This document shows positions 1 to 13,289 of a DNA stretch of 64,000 nucleotides, piece after piece (the stretch's first letter is position 1; every line of letters begins with the position of its first letter). The stretch is from the NCBI RefSeq assembly GCF_030684315.1, contig NC_081365.1, positions 70,488,898 through 70,552,897 of the forward strand. Reading direction: 5' to 3'. This DNA comes from Stegostoma tigrinum. Lineage: Eukaryota. A model generated the notes under the pieces. That model had not been told where the DNA came from. It ran no database searches and saw only the letters and a list, made by a program, of their open reading frames with translations. Position numbers and translations under genes: made by a program.

Positions 1-270
1 CGGGACCAAAAATAGATGGCTGAAGCTGACTCTGCTCAAGATTAGATTCACACCTCCCGAGCAGAGAGCCTGGTAGGGAATGCAGTACAGTACTGGCATG
101 ATTCCCAGAGAAGGGGAGCCTTTCTCCCAGCTGACGCTGGTGTTAGGACAACTACCTGGGAGAACATGAAGGAAGAACAAACTCAATACAACTCCAGGAC
201 GAAATCAGGGTTTTCTTTGAAATTAAAATATATCTGACTGAAACTACAGCTTCACACGTACATACATGCG

Positions 271-314
<44 letters not shown>
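271..314. repeat. (CA)n microsatellite
   Basis: Near-pure CA run directly visible. Confidence 0.95.
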
Positions 315-318
<4 letters not shown>

Positions 319-635
319 TGATGTCAATAGCATTTCAGAGCCCTGCCCACATTTCAGCAGTAATATCAATGTTTAACAGGTGATCAGACTGACCAGCTAC
401 TGAAAGACAAGATGAGCTGCTTTCGCTCATTTCCAACTGAAGGTCTCCCCTACACACAGTCACACACCAGGACAAAGCCCACAGTGGCAGTGCCATAGCG
501 CTGGCAGCTGAAAGCACCATGGGCCTCTCAGCACTGCACTTGCTCATTGGCCCATCACACTGTCATGTTCTGACACGTACATGTGAATAACAACTGAACG
601 GCCTGTTCTCAACTATTCTTACATTCGGACCTGAC

Positions 636-1030
636 AAGCACGTAGGAACAGGCTGGCCATTCAGCCCCTCCAGTCCATTCTACCAAGGAGATGGATCGTA
701 ATAGATTTCCATTGTAACTTCGACCTTTCCTACTGATTCTCCAACAAACTACAATCTGTCAAATAGTATCCTGGAACTGTACACACTGCCACCATCCAGG
801 GCCCTCTCTTATAGGAGTGGCCGGGGGTGCCGTGACAGGAGAAGTGGTTTAGTGCCAGAGCTTCACTTGCCACTGGATGGAAAAGCGCTTCCTGATTTGC
901 CTCTCAACAGTGTGGTCTTTTAATATTAAGAGCATACCTCCTTGTTTCTGGCTCTTCCCCCCAAGAGGAGGAAGAATCGGTCCATCTGCACACCATCTCA
1001 AATTCTTTAATCATTTTAAAACACCTCAAG
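636..1030 (-). mobile_element. Old CR1-group LINE 3' fragment
   Basis: ggccattcagcccctc tail motif shared with other CR1 3' ends in the window; heavily decayed. Confidence 0.5.
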
Positions 1031-1339
1031 ACACTTGAGGTCTGTCTTGTCAAAAACAAAATCAACGCTGTGCAAAAGCAGCTCAATTCCCAAATCTCCA
1101 CAAAGTCGAACCGAAGTCTGGAAAGGTTTTTTTTTAAATCCATTTTTAAAATCCCTTTGAGCTTTTCCCCGGGTACATTATTCCTGATTTGCAGTGAGAA
1201 TCATAGTTGACAGCAAAATACTGAACAGTATGCCAAATTAAATATAGCAAACCAGGCGACATCGAAAAACGTCAATAGAGACAAAACTGTGCAACTTTAC
1301 GAGATTCTTAAAATCCATTTACCAGCAGTGCTCACGTTT

Positions 1340-1772
1340 GGGAAGAATATTGTCCATCCCTTATTGGCCTAACTGTTTGTGGCATCAAGGCTCCATGATG
1401 GGACTGAGGTCATGTTTCTGGGCCAAGCAAGGTACGGGCAGCAGGTAATCTTCCCAAGGAGATGTTACAAAGTGACATTGTTCGGATTTTCATGGCAATC
1501 TGAAATATCCAGACTCCTCACTGATGACTGCTTTTGTTCTCGAGACGACAACTTCAAATTCTCAAGCTGTCACAGATAAATTTCTCCCTCCATTGTTCTT
1601 CCATCAGGTCTGGGGGCTCACCGGCAAAGCAAGTTTCTGTCACCCAGCTCTAGCTGTTCCTGAACCGAGTGGCTTGTGAGGCCATTTCAGAGGATAGTTA
1701 GAAATCGACCAGAGTGCTGCGGGCCTGGAGTCACATGCTGGTAATGAAGGTAGATGTCCTTCCCTGAAGGTG
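1340..1772 (-). mobile_element. Decayed copies of tRNA-head SINE family 2
   Basis: ggccatttcagagg...gggcctggagtcacatg...ccttccctgaagg matches the reverse complement of the SINE at 10448-10790. Confidence 0.55.
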
Positions 1773-1778
1773 TGAAAC

Positions 1779-2228
1779 TTGAAAGAGTTTAAGAAAAAAA
1801 TCTTTAAAGGGACGTTGCTGGGGTTGGAGGGTTTGATCTATGGGGAGAGGCTGAATAAGCTGGGCCTATCTTCCCTGGAGCGTCAGAGGCTGAGGGGTCA
1901 CCTTACAGAGGTTTGTAAAATCACAAGGGGCATAGATAAGATGAATAGTCAAGGTCAATTCCCCAGGGTAGGGGAGTCCAAAACCAAAGGGCAGAGGTTT
2001 AAGGTGAGGGGGAGAATATTCAAGAGGGATCTAAGGGGCAACTTTTTCACACAGACAGTGGTGTATGAATGAAACGAGCTGCCTGAGGAAGTGGTGGAGG
2101 CCAGTACAATTATAACATTTGGACAAGTACAGAGGGATATGGGCCAAACACAGGCGAATAGAACTAGGAAACCTGGCTGGCATGGAGGAGTTGGGCCGAA
2201 GACTCTGTTTCTGTGTAATATGACTCTC
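1779..2228 (+). mobile_element. CR1/HER1-type LINE 3' fragment (ORF2 C-terminus + 3'UTR)
   Basis: ORF 1779-2072 (GLEGLIYGERLNKLGLSSLERQRLRGHLTEVCKI...GNFFTQ) is a typical CR1 ORF2 C-terminus; gggccgaag...ctgtttctgtg tail. Confidence 0.9.
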
Positions 2229-2754
2229 TGATGTCTTCGAAGAACTGGGGATCATCTTGCTACACATTGTTACACTTGTATTTAGCTTTCTTTCATATTC
2301 CAACTTCTTCCTCATGACTAACCTTATCCTCAGTTGTTCTTTAATCTCTAACTAATCAGCTGACCTAACACTCATCATTGCGTAGTTAATTTCTTTTGAA
2401 ATTTGGTGCTTTCCTTGATTTTGTTAGGTAACGGTTGGTGGAGTCCTCAATTTAGCATTTTCCTTCACAGTCAGAATATACATCGAGTGTTCTGAAATGT
2501 TCTCTTAACTCTCTGCCATTGTGATCTATCCTCTAGCCTAGTATGCCAATGCACTTCAACTAGCTCAGCTTTCACGCACACCCAGCTGCCATTATCTACG
2601 CTTATAATACCAGCCTCAAACACAGTCTTCTCTCTCTTAAACTAGCTGTAAAATTCATTCATTTTGTTGTTGCTGGTATCTCAGGGTGCCTCGATTCTCA
2701 GGTCATTCATTAATTGTGTCACATTAGACAATAGCAACCCTCATCCAACCTGGT

Positions 2755-2984
2755 TAACAAAGTGTGAAGCTGGATGAACACAGCAGGCCAAGCAGCATCT
2801 TAGGGGCACAAAAACTGACATTTCGGACCTAGACCCTTCATTAGGGAGGACTTTTCTGATGAAGGGTCCAGGCCCGAAACATCAGCTTTTGTGCTCCTAA
2901 GATGCTGCTTGGCCTGCTGTGTTCATCCAGCTCTACACCTGGTTATCTTGGGTTCTCCAGCATCTGCAGTTCCCATTGTCTCTA
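2755..2984 (+). mobile_element. Fold-back PLE-derived mini element, family A, with HHR core
   Basis: Inverted arms around 2845; TSD atccaacctggt at 2743-2754 and 2985-2996; ctgatgaagggtccaggcccgaaacatc at 2856-2883. Confidence 0.85.
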
Positions 2985-3429
2985 ATCCAACCTGGTCTCT
3001 GGTTTATCCCAAATAGTGCTGCTCTAAGAAACTATCATTTCAAAAGTATTCTGTGATCCTCACACTACAGCCAATTGGATTTTTCCAGCTTATATATAGA
3101 TTAAAGTCACCTATTCACTGCAATCCTTTTATTAGAAGCATGCAACTTTATTTCTTCTTCCATTTATCACACATGATGGCTGCGACTCAGGGGCCTGCAG
3201 ACCACTCCCACTACTAACTCTCCTACTCTACTATTCCTCAGCCTCACCTGAACTGTTCTATGCCCTGGTCTCCTGGACCAAGGTCATCTCCAACCACTGC
3301 ACAAATACCGTCCTTAACTAACAACACTACCTCTATCTAGCCCCCTATTCTACTTGATATTAAATGTTTTTGTACATCTACGGAACTTGGGTGAATAGCG
3401 GATCACTAATTGCAGTTGTGGGGAGCTGC

Positions 3430-4050
3430 GGAATTTTGATCAGGCAACGCTGAATGAATGGTGGTTAAACTCCAACTTGGGATGATATGCAACTTAAGAG
3501 GTGGCATCGTTCCCATGTACCTGCTGCCCTCGCTCTTCCGGGTGGGAATGGCTGTGGGTTTGCAAAATGTGAACTCAAGAAGCCTTGATGAGTTACTGCA
3601 GTGCTTCTAGTGGATGGTACACACCACTGCACCTGTACACGCGTGGCAGGAAGTTAGCACTGAACTGGGCTGTTGACTTCTGGAACGTAGAGAATTTCTG
3701 TGTGTGTTGGTGGAGCTGCCCTTGTCCAGGCAAGTGGAGATTATTCTATCACACTTTTGACCTCTAACTTGTAGATGGTGGACAGGCTCTGGGCAGTCGT
3801 GAGGTGAGTTATTAGCCGCAGCATTCGCAGTCCTTCGCCTGCTCTTGTGACCGTAATATTTACATAATTGCCCAGCTCAGCTTCTGTTCAATGGTGACTA
3901 CCCGGAAATTGATAGCGAGGGATTCGATGATGGCAATACTATTGAATGTCAAGCATCGATGATGAGGTGGTTCTGGCTTGTTGGAGATAGTCATCACTTG
4001 GCAGTTGTGCGGCGTGACAGTTACTTGCCACTTGTCAGCCCAAGCCTGGC
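3430..4050 (-). mobile_element. CR1-group LINE family 2 fragment
   Basis: ORF 3860-4084 WADKWQVTVTPHNCQVMTISNK; homologous to the element at 25217-27520. Confidence 0.75.
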
Positions 4051-4226
4051 GTGTAGAGGTGTGAGTTCCCATAACAGCCAGCATTGAAATGAGTTGGGGT
4101 TAGGCTGAAGGAAAGCATAGACCTCTTTGCAATGACCTTGCAACCAATGACAATAGATTAGGCTTGCTCCCAGCTGCTTTCAATCCGTACCTGGTCAACA
4201 AGCTCTCTGTCAACATTTTCATCCAA

Positions 4227-4430
4227 TCGACAAAAAGAACCACGGATGCTGTAAACCTGAAGCAATAGCAAATAATTGCTGGAAAAGCTCAGCAGGTCCG
4301 TCTGTGGAGAGAAAGCAGAGTTAACGTTTCAGGTCCAGAACAGAGTGACTAGGCCTGACACATTAACCTGGCTTTCTCTGCACAGATGCTGCCATTCCTG
4401 CTGAGATTTTCCAGAAATTTCTCGTGTTTT
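4227..4430 (-). mobile_element. Fold-back PLE-derived mini element, family B
   Basis: ttgctggaaaagctcagcagg / cctgctgagattttccagaaa inverted arms; TSD ttttcatccaa at 4216-4226 and 4431-4441. Confidence 0.75.
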
Positions 4431-5260
4431 TTTTCATCCAAACCAGACTGATTTCAAAGCCCGGTTTCCGTTATGACAGGAAATTACAACACTGTGTGCA
4501 TTTATGTGGCACCATTAACACAGTAAAGTATCACCGTCAGCCAAAAGTTGACACTTTTAGAGGGTGTCAAAGAACTGGTAGAGGTCACACTGATTCAATC
4601 CGGTAATGGGAGTGAAGGGGGCAATCCCTGTTGAGACTTCTCACAAGGCATCATAAGGACCAGCCTTCCTCTGTCTCCAGTTCCCGCTGGGGTGTGTGGA
4701 AGGAGAGAAACCCTGACATCAGGCGTTGCGTTGAGCTGGTCTGTAAAAGAAAACGAAGTGGAAGGGACTTCCTGACCCTTGTATCACGCAACATTTCTGG
4801 GGCTAGAAAACGTGGCGTTCTGCATTAGCTTCTGCAAATTGCAGATGGCCTCTCTTTTATTTGGATGTTGATAGAGAGAGGCTCAATGAATCATAGCCTT
4901 AGTATTCCCAGATAAGCAGCTTGCCTCACTGCATTGTTCTCTTTATCCCGAGACCTGTAGAAACACCAAGGCCAGTAGTCTCCTGAACGCGATATTTGGA
5001 ACGCAATAACACGCTGAGTTGCAAGATTTAAAGGCCGTGTGTTGTGTCTCTTATTGCTTGCAAGCCTGGTACCTAGGAAACAGAATGTCTTTGGTGATTA
5101 TTAATGAGGAACTTATCAGCTCCTGATTTTGAAATAAACAGAGTGTCTTTATAAATAAATTATAAGAACGTTACGATGGATGAACACGCTCTGCCATTTA
5201 TGGTACTGAGCAACATTGTCCAAGAATAGGCCTGTTTATATTCTGCTACAGTCTGTCAAA

Positions 5261-5528
5261 TCACAGAATCCCTACCGTGTGGAAGCAGGCCATTTGGCCC
5301 ATCAAATCCGCACCAACCCTCCGAATAGCATTCCAACTGGACCCACTCCCTAAAACCCTACATTTCACATGGCTAATGCACCCAACCTGCACATCTTCGG
5401 ACTGCGGGAGGAAACCGGAGGACCCAGAGGAAACACGGGGAGAACGTGAAAACTCCAAGGGTGGAATCGAACCTGGATCCCTGGCGCTGTGGGGCAGCAG
5501 TGCTAAAAACTGAGCCACCGTGCCGCCC
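5261..5528 (-). mobile_element. HE1-type V-SINE
   Basis: tRNA-like head ggcggcacggtggctcag, V-domain, CR1-type tail gggattctgtga. Confidence 0.9.
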
Positions 5529-5799
5529 ATTTTTCTTACTGGAAATATTTAGTGTTCACAGAAAACCTGTTCAGATATTGACAGTGCAGGGATCAATATA
5601 GTACAGGAAATAAAATACGAATGAACAGCACCATTGTACATCAACGCTGTACACAGTACAGTTGGTCACAGTATGGGATTGAGACTATTTTCTAGTAAAA
5701 CAGAACTCAACACTTGTCTCTGAAAGATTTGCCTTTTTTTAAAATCTTCAGGTAGAATACATCCTTTCCTGCTTGCCTTGTCCCTGATGTAAGGATATT

Positions 5800-6560
5800 T
5801 GAGAAGCAGAAGGCCATTCAGGCTTGAGGCCTGCTTGGCTATTCCAGATCATTTGACTTTAACACTGTATTTCCACTTTGGTCTCATGTTGCTTGGCGCC
5901 GTTAGCGAACAGAAATCCACCAATGTTCACCTTGAACTTACTTCATGACTAAGCTTCCACAGCCATCCGAAGATACAGAGCGTTCCAAAGCTTCCTCCAA
6001 GTGAGGAATTTCGGTGCAGTCCTGCTTTTAATTCCAAGACTGCACCTCCTCCACCTGGGGACATATAGTTTCTGCAGGTACTCTGCCGGTCCTGCTCGTC
6101 TCTTAATGTTCTAAACCATTGGAAATATAAGCCCAATCTCCTGAAACTCTCCCCATCAGACAGTCCAACCATTCCAAGCTTCAATAAGGTGAAACTCCTC
6201 TAAATACCCTTAATGGGAAATAAAATGGAACCAACACTCGACAATACTCCAGCTGTGGTCTAACCCATTTCCTGACAAAAGAAGAAAGATTTCTTCGTGC
6301 CCGATTTTGAATCCTTTTACAATGAAGGATAACACATCATTTGCTTTCAGAATTGCTCGTTGTACCTGCAAAATTAGCATTCTGTGAGCAAGGACACTCG
6401 GGTCCCTTTGGACATGCACATTATCCAAGAACTCAACAGTCAAACAAAATACTCTGAGCCTCAATTTCTCCTATCAAGGTGGACAATAATCTCATGTAGA
6501 TTAAATCCCATCTGCCATGGTCTTGCCACCCGCTCAGGCTGTCTGAAACCCCTTGGAACC
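5800..6560 (-). mobile_element. Decayed CR1 LINE
   Basis: Frameshifted CR1 ORF2 C-terminal motifs (QRDPSVLAH, KANDVLSFI) in ORFs 5927-6184 and 6210-6464. Confidence 0.7.
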
Positions 6561-6591
6561 TCTATAGCATCCTCCTTATAACTCTATTCTT

Positions 6592-6975
6592 CCTGAGTAG
6601 ATTTGTAGCTTGGGTTGAGGACGTTATGGTTGGTTGGCTCGCAGACGTTTCATTACCCTGCTGGGTAACATCATCAGTGCAGCCTCCGACGGTACGCCAT
6701 TGTGTTTTCGCACCTGGTATTTAAACTCTGGGGTCCACTGCAATGGGTTACCTCATTTTCAGTCTTTTTTTTGCACTGGTGTATATATAGGGTCTAGTTC
6801 TAAGTGTTTATTGATGGCCTCCTTGGTGGAGAACCAGGCCTCTAGGAATTCCCATGCCAGTCCCAGGATCCTGACATTGTCCCAATCAAACTGGTGGTTC
6901 TTCTTGTCTGTGTGTGTGTGGAGACAAGGGAGTATTGGTCATGTCAGTAAATGAACGCCAACTAGCAACAAAAAA
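6592..6975 (-). mobile_element. Penelope-like element family D, 3' fragment (end of endonuclease region + terminal repeat)
   Basis: Minus-strand translation HDQYSLVSTHTDKKNHQFDWDNVRILG..EFLEAWFSTKEAINKHLELDPIY, typical of the Penelope/Poseidon ORF C-terminus; HHR downstream. Confidence 0.8.
6636..6684 (-). ncRNA. Minimal type-I hammerhead ribozyme (PLE family D)
   Basis: Minus strand: GGCTGCA-CTGATGA-T-GTTACCC-AGCA-GGGTAAT-GAAA-CGTC|TGCGAGCC. Intact core, 7-bp helix II, helix I GCA/TGC extendable; predicted cut between 6644 and 6643. Confidence 0.8.
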
Positions 6976-6999
6976 AAACAGGTTATCTCACTCTTTCAA

Positions 7000-8580
7000 A
7001 GACCACAAGACATAGGAACAGAGATAGACCATTCAGCCCGATGGGTCCACTCCTCATAAAATCCCTCCACACTCAGGATCAACCCTGTGAGCCTTCTCTG
7101 GATAACCTCCAAAGCCAGTACTATATACCCCTTCTCAGATAAGGGGACCAAAGATGCTCACAGTAACAGTGAAGCATATATATTGACCAAGTCAGTGCAA
7201 AACCACTTTGTTCTTATTTATACATTACGTGATCTTGAAGTCCATTCAAACGAGCTTTAAAAGGGCCTTGCTTTAACCTCAGCTGAAAGTGAGTAGATTT
7301 GGAAATGAAAACCTTACTCAACATTACATTCAAGTGTCAATCTGCACTTGAATTTTTAGCACCAATAAATTGATTGAAGATGAATTCCCTTTGATGAAAC
7401 CATGTTGACACTTTCCAATTATTCTGAGGTTCTCAAAGTGCTGGGCTGCAATATATTTCACCATCGGTCCTCACATCTTCATCATGACAGATGTCAAAGG
7501 AATCTGCTAACCATGTGCTGCTCTCTGCCTCCCTCACCATGGACTAGAGCAATAATATTTGCTACTTTCCAGGACAATTACACCTCTCCTGAATCAAGGG
7601 CCTTCTGGACAATTATCATCACTGCATCTCCACCATTAGCCACCCCCTTTAACACCTGGATCCAGCAATCAGCTCCAACAGTTTGCTCAGGACTACTGCT
7701 CTCGTGACTGTACCATCACTAAGTTCTTCTCTCCCTACCACTTCCCAATTTACAGCTGTTACTGTAATGTTTTTCTATCATCTACAGTGAGGACAGAAGC
7801 AAAATATTTGCTCATTCCATCTGCCATTTCCTTATTATCTATTATACACTTCCCCATTCTCTCTCTTTACAGGACTAACACTTACTTCACTTACCCGATT
7901 TCCTTTTTGAATACACCTTAAGACCACAAGAATTAGGAACAGTAGACCCCTGTGGTCCCTTGAGCCTGCTCTGCCATTCAATAGGACCTTACTTCTCTGA
8001 TATTCCTCACGTCCACTTTCCTGCCTTTTTCCCACAACCCTCAATTCCCCTTCTGATTAGGAATCTCTCGCACCTTTGAAGATACGCAAGGACTCTGCCC
8101 CCACAGCTCTCCGTGGCAAAGAGTCCCGAAGACACTCAACTCTTGGAGAGAAGAAATTCATCCTCATCTCAGTCTTAAATCGGTGCCCGTTTATTCGGAG
8201 ACTATACCCTCTGGTCCTCGGCTCTCCACAAGTGAAACATCCTCTCTGCATTTACTCTGTTAAGGCCTTTAAGAATCCTATATGTTTCATTGGCATCATC
8301 TTTCATTCTTCTAAATTCTAGTCAGTAGAGTTCCAAGCTGTTTAGCCTTTGCTCGTAAGGCAATCCCTCCATACCAAGGATTAGACTAGCGAAACTTCTC
8401 TGAACTTCCTCCAATGAAATGATATTTCTTTAAAGAAGAGGACCAAAACTGCTCACAGTATTTCAGATGTGCTCTCACATGAAGCACCTTGTACAAGTCT
8501 TCCCTTATTGTAAGACCTCCTCACTCTTACACTCCAATTCCCTGGATATAAGGCTCAATATTCCATTAGCTTTCTTCCCC
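7000..8580 (-). mobile_element. Several CR1 LINE fragments (younger piece about 7919-8580)
   Basis: ORF 8057-8251 GEPRTRGYSLRINGHRFKTEMRMNFFSPRV; agaccacaaga tails at 7000 and 7921. Confidence 0.75.
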
Positions 8581-8667
8581 TGCAAGACCTGTCATAATGA
8601 TGGTCAAGATACAAAAAACACCTCAATTTGGACTGGACGAAAAATATTTATTCTTGTATTCCTATTC

Positions 8668-8920
8668 ATGACAGATGGTGGAATTTGAATTCAATAACAA
8701 AACTCTGGAATTAAGAGTCTAGTGATGACTGTGCATCTATTGTCAATTGTCACGAAAAACCCATCTGGTTCACTCAAGGAAACTGCCATCCTTACCTGGT
8801 CTGGCCTACATATGACTCCAGACCCACAGCAATGTGGTTGACTCTGAACTTCCCTCTGGGCAATTAGGGATGGGCAATAAATGCTGCCTAGTCAGTGACA
8901 CCCTCATCCCGTGAATGAAT
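8668..8920 (+). mobile_element. tRNA-head SINE family 2, 5'-truncated
   Basis: ccatctggttcac...ctgccatccttacctggtctggcctaca...gacccacagcaatgtggttgactc core; tail catcccgtgaatgaat. Confidence 0.85.
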
Positions 8921-10447
8921 TAGAAAAAACATACGCACATTTGACCCTCATTCACCAGGAAGGAAAACATGATCGTCACTACTTTAAACCAACATTCAAA
9001 TGAAATCAATGATTAGCCATGGGTGTGGATAAAAGAGACAGATTTAGCCACACGTAACAATTTCCATCGAAATCCTTTACATAAAGAGAAGCAATATGGG
9101 TTGATTTGCGTACATATCAATGAACGTCTCCCACTATTCAATAACTAAGGAAGTGAAGCACTCATAACAATCGAAAACCTCAGAATCTCTGCTCTTCATT
9201 TCTAGCTTTTGCCGCCGAGCACAAAAACAGCTTGAAGTTCACATATGTATCCTGTGCCAATATCAGGGCTGCAGACACATGTCCAACGCGAGTGTCTATT
9301 ACTAATCACCGATCAGAAACTCAGTGCACCACATGTGCATTCACTGGACATTACAGGGAGAAGCCCTGGTCCGAATGGTTAATCCTGAACTTGCTGTCAT
9401 GCCATGATATGCATCCACAGTGCACACAGTCTGACTCTCTCAGGCCAAAAGGTCAACACTGCAGCTGAATAAACTGGTAACTTCCCAGAGACTGAGCTAA
9501 ATGGATAAAATAAACTATTCAACAAATGCTACTCAAAAGGTCCAACTGGGTTCACCTCTTTGCGACATCTCACTCCTATGAAACGGACCACGGTTTTTAC
9601 TGGGGGAACAGGGTAGATGCCTATCTGTTCAGCAATGAATGAACCCAGACGGCCACTCTGTAATCCAAACAGGGTTTCAAAAGGCATCAAAACAATGCCC
9701 ATTTCGACACACATCATTCAATGTTAATTCTTTCTGTACTTTTCCCGTAGCTGGAACACCCTCTCAGATCATCATTCACCATGCCTTGCTCTCAGTTGAC
9801 ATTGCCCTGTTCAATGTTCATAATTATAGTCACATCACTATTGAAAATGCGCAAGGCAGAGTTGATAACCCAAATTACAGCTTTTGCTAGATTTCACAGC
9901 GAAGGTAATGAATGAGAAACTGCCTGGATATGGTTTTTATTGGAGACGAGTTTCTTTGATGTTTGGAAACTCGGGTTTTGTTCGATGCTGTGTTGCATGA
10001 AGACACAGAGGTCAAATTGAATACAACACTACATCTGTAACTTATGTTTAACGCGTGCCCCCCTATAGAGACACATTTGTTGCTACATGCTGACTGACGT
10101 ACTGATTTTTCCTACAGATACTTAGGCACAGAGACAGATTTCTGATCCAGCACAGTGTTAACATGGCAAAACCCTACTATCCCAATCCATGTGCCAATTG
10201 TTGGATTCCTACTGTTCTCGCAATCTTTGTGTATAGGTAACTGAATGTGAATGCATTAGGACCTCAGATACATACACAAAGCATATCAAATAAATAAATG
10301 CTGCCCAGCCAGTAACGTTCATACCCCTTGGATAAATTAAAACATTTTTCTTTCAGTTGAGCATTAAAATGCCATTATTTTCTCAGAATTTGAAACCAGT
10401 GATTGTCAGACATAAGCAAAGACACAAGACCAGAATGATGACAGTTT

Positions 10448-10790
10448 TGGCCTAGTGGTATTATCGCGAGACTATTAACCCAGAGACGCAGGTAATGTCC
10501 TGGAGACCTGGGTTTGAATCCCACCATGGCGGATGGTGCAATTTAATTACAAATTTTCATTGAACTCAAAGTCTAATGACTTCTAAGAATCCATCGTCGA
10601 TTTTCAGAACAAAACCATCTGGTTCACGAATGTCCTATAGGGAAGGAAACTGCCATCCTTACCTGGTCTAGGCCTACATGTGACTCCAGACCCACAGCAA
10701 CGTGGTTGACTCTTAACTGCCCTCTGGGGCAATTACGGATGGACAATAAACACTGGCCAACCCTCTGTCGCTCACATCCCACAAATGAAT
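10448..10790 (+). mobile_element. tRNA-head SINE family 2, near full length
   Basis: A-box-like tggcctagtgg, B-box-like ggtttgaatccc, conserved core and LINE-like tail; exact family name not verified. Confidence 0.85.
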
Positions 10791-11750
10791 AACAAAAAAA
10801 ACCTCATAAACCTTCTTCCATACAGTGAGGGTCTGAGACTGTGGTGGAGGCGATTTCACAGAAATCTATAAAACTCTAACAGGACTTGCTCGGGTAAATG
10901 GAGAAAGGATGTTCCTGATGACCAAGAAGGGGTCACAGTTTAAGGATACAGGACAGGCCATTTAGGTCTGAGATGAGAAATTCTCTCCCATGAGTGGTTC
11001 AATAGATCGACGTGGTTACCAATTTGTCTCTCACTGGATGGCAATCTGCAATAGGAGGACAGCCAGAAGAAACAGAGTGTGTCTGCGGAGAACTCGCAAA
11101 AGATGGAGTGTATACTTGCAGACAAGGCCCTTAAATTGATTCCACGTTTGCAAGCAGCATTCCTTTCATGTCAGATCAGAAGTGAGAAGTCATAAATCTT
11201 GACAGGCTGCAAGAAAACACTGAACTGCTGTTCAGTGCAAGACACATTTTCCACAATTACCAACGCGCTGATGTTAAGAGTGGTGACCTTTGGCACAGTA
11301 CAAAGCCTTTTTCCTCTGTCACCATGCTCACGCATTTCATTTTCCCCCCACCCTTGCTTTAAGGTGCCAGACGTTCCTCAGGTAGTAACACGCTCACCTT
11401 CCGAGCTCGAAGGCTCTGTGCTCAAGTTCTACTTCAGAGAACTGAGCACAACAATCAAGACCAACACTCCCTGTGGAGTGTTACACTGTCAGTGGCACCG
11501 GTTTTCGGATCGAGACAATGAATTGCAGCCCAGTCTAACCTCTAGTTTGGATCTTCCCCACAAGTGGGGAAAATCCTCTCTCTGTCAACTTTCTCAGTAT
11601 CTTTCCTCAGTTTGAAGATCTGCATTAGATCAATCTTTTTACAACCTTTCCAATGCATCTATATTCTTGTCATAATGCTACTACCAGCACTGTAAACTAT
11701 ATTCAAATCCTGACAACACCCCTTAAAATTGTGCTTCCCAGTTGGCTCAG

Positions 11751-11803
11751 TAACAAAAACAGAAGTTGCTGGAAAAGCTCAGCCGGTCTGGCAGCATCTG
11801 CGA
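11751..11803 (-). mobile_element. PLE family B terminal fragment
   Basis: aacaaaaacagaagttgctggaaaagctcagc matches the arm of 45700-45925. Confidence 0.7.
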
Positions 11804-13289
11804 AGAATGATCAAGATGATCATGGCTGATAGGATTGTAATCTTGAACCACATTCCTGCCTACCCCGATTACCTTTCACCCTCCTGCCTAACTAGAATCA
11901 ATTCACCACTTCTTTAAAAATATTCAGAAGCTCTGCTTCCATCACCCTTTCAGGAAGAGAGTTCCAAAGATTCCTAGCCCTCTGACAGAAAGCATGTTGC
12001 GGAATCAGTTTTAAATGTATGACCCCTGATTTTTCAGGCTGAATGACCTGTTTCTACGCTGGCACGTTCAACGTATTTTCTCACAACGCAATGAACGCAC
12101 TTCAAAAAGAACTCCACTGAGTGTTGCTGTACAAGGTGTGAGGTCCTCAAAATGTTAATACCAAGGACTGCATTGTGCATGGCCTGTTGTGATGAAGCTG
12201 TAAGGTTTATTGTGAGGGAACAGCTCTGGGCTTTGAAGGAGATGAACCTAGCAACTAGATCTCCCTCAGGTCTTAGTGACAATGTTGAGATATTAACGTA
12301 ACTTGTGTCACACAATAAACTGCATCTTATTTGAGACAACAGTCATTTCTCGCTCTCGTTAAACAACAGTGGTTTTCCTTGACCACATTAAACCAGCCAG
12401 CCCCTTTGAATCTCACCCAAAAAGGATGACGTGGCGAAGACTCATTCAGTGATGATTGTGAAGCAATTTTAAGCAGTCGAGAGGTGGGAAAAGCTTTTCC
12501 ACAAACGTAAGCCATTTATTTCTTATATGGGCCACACGCATGGCTCCCATCAGGAATTTCTTCCCCACTTTTAGGCAAGGTGTTTAGCCTTGTGCCAATT
12601 GCAGTCCTCCCTTTCCAACTTGTCGGAGCTGGGACTGGTGAAAGGAAGGAGCACATGGAAAAGGAACTGAAGTGTACAAAACGGGCAAAGGCAGGGCAGC
12701 AGGGCTAGCTACGCAGGCATGAAGATGATTGTTCTGTGTGTGGAGGGCTTGACCAAGCGTGAAATTGTGACCACATTCTCACATCATGTGGCACGTCCAA
12801 TTCTTTGGCAACTGTGCGCCAGTCTGGCTGCCCTCAGGTATAGGACTGTCCATTTATGAACTGCAAGGCCTCAGGGGAACTACAGATCTGTCCAACTGCA
12901 ATTCAAGTCGTTTTAATGCAGCAGCTCCGCATTCAGATTCAGAAAACAGTTCCCACTGTTTGGAGTCACACTGACAAAAATAGCACTGGATATTTTAGCT
13001 GCTTATCTGCAGACACTGTGTAGGGCTGATACCAGCACGCCACTCTTGATATCATGGAAGCAATGGAAAACGTACAAGTGAACAGTTACATTCCAATAGC
13101 ACTGTCAGACTTCTGATGCTTATCCCTTGATAACCTACAGTCAGCTTCTCTGGGTCTAGGGCTGTGTCATTTTTTTCTAGTCTATGTTGCGGCAAGAAGA
13201 ATGTGCAAAACAAACATGCTGTGTTGTACAGGGGCAGGGACCAGTTTGGGAGATTAACAAACACATCCAATATTAATGCACAGGGGAAT

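Noticed and set aside
4560-4740. Strong minus-strand acceptor ttcgttttcttttacag
   Set aside because: All three frames hit stops before a convincing donor; no recognisable product.
9760-9850. Possible C/D-box snoRNA or small hairpin on the minus strand
   Set aside because: Box spacing and terminal stem are unconvincing, and no recognisable guide sequence.
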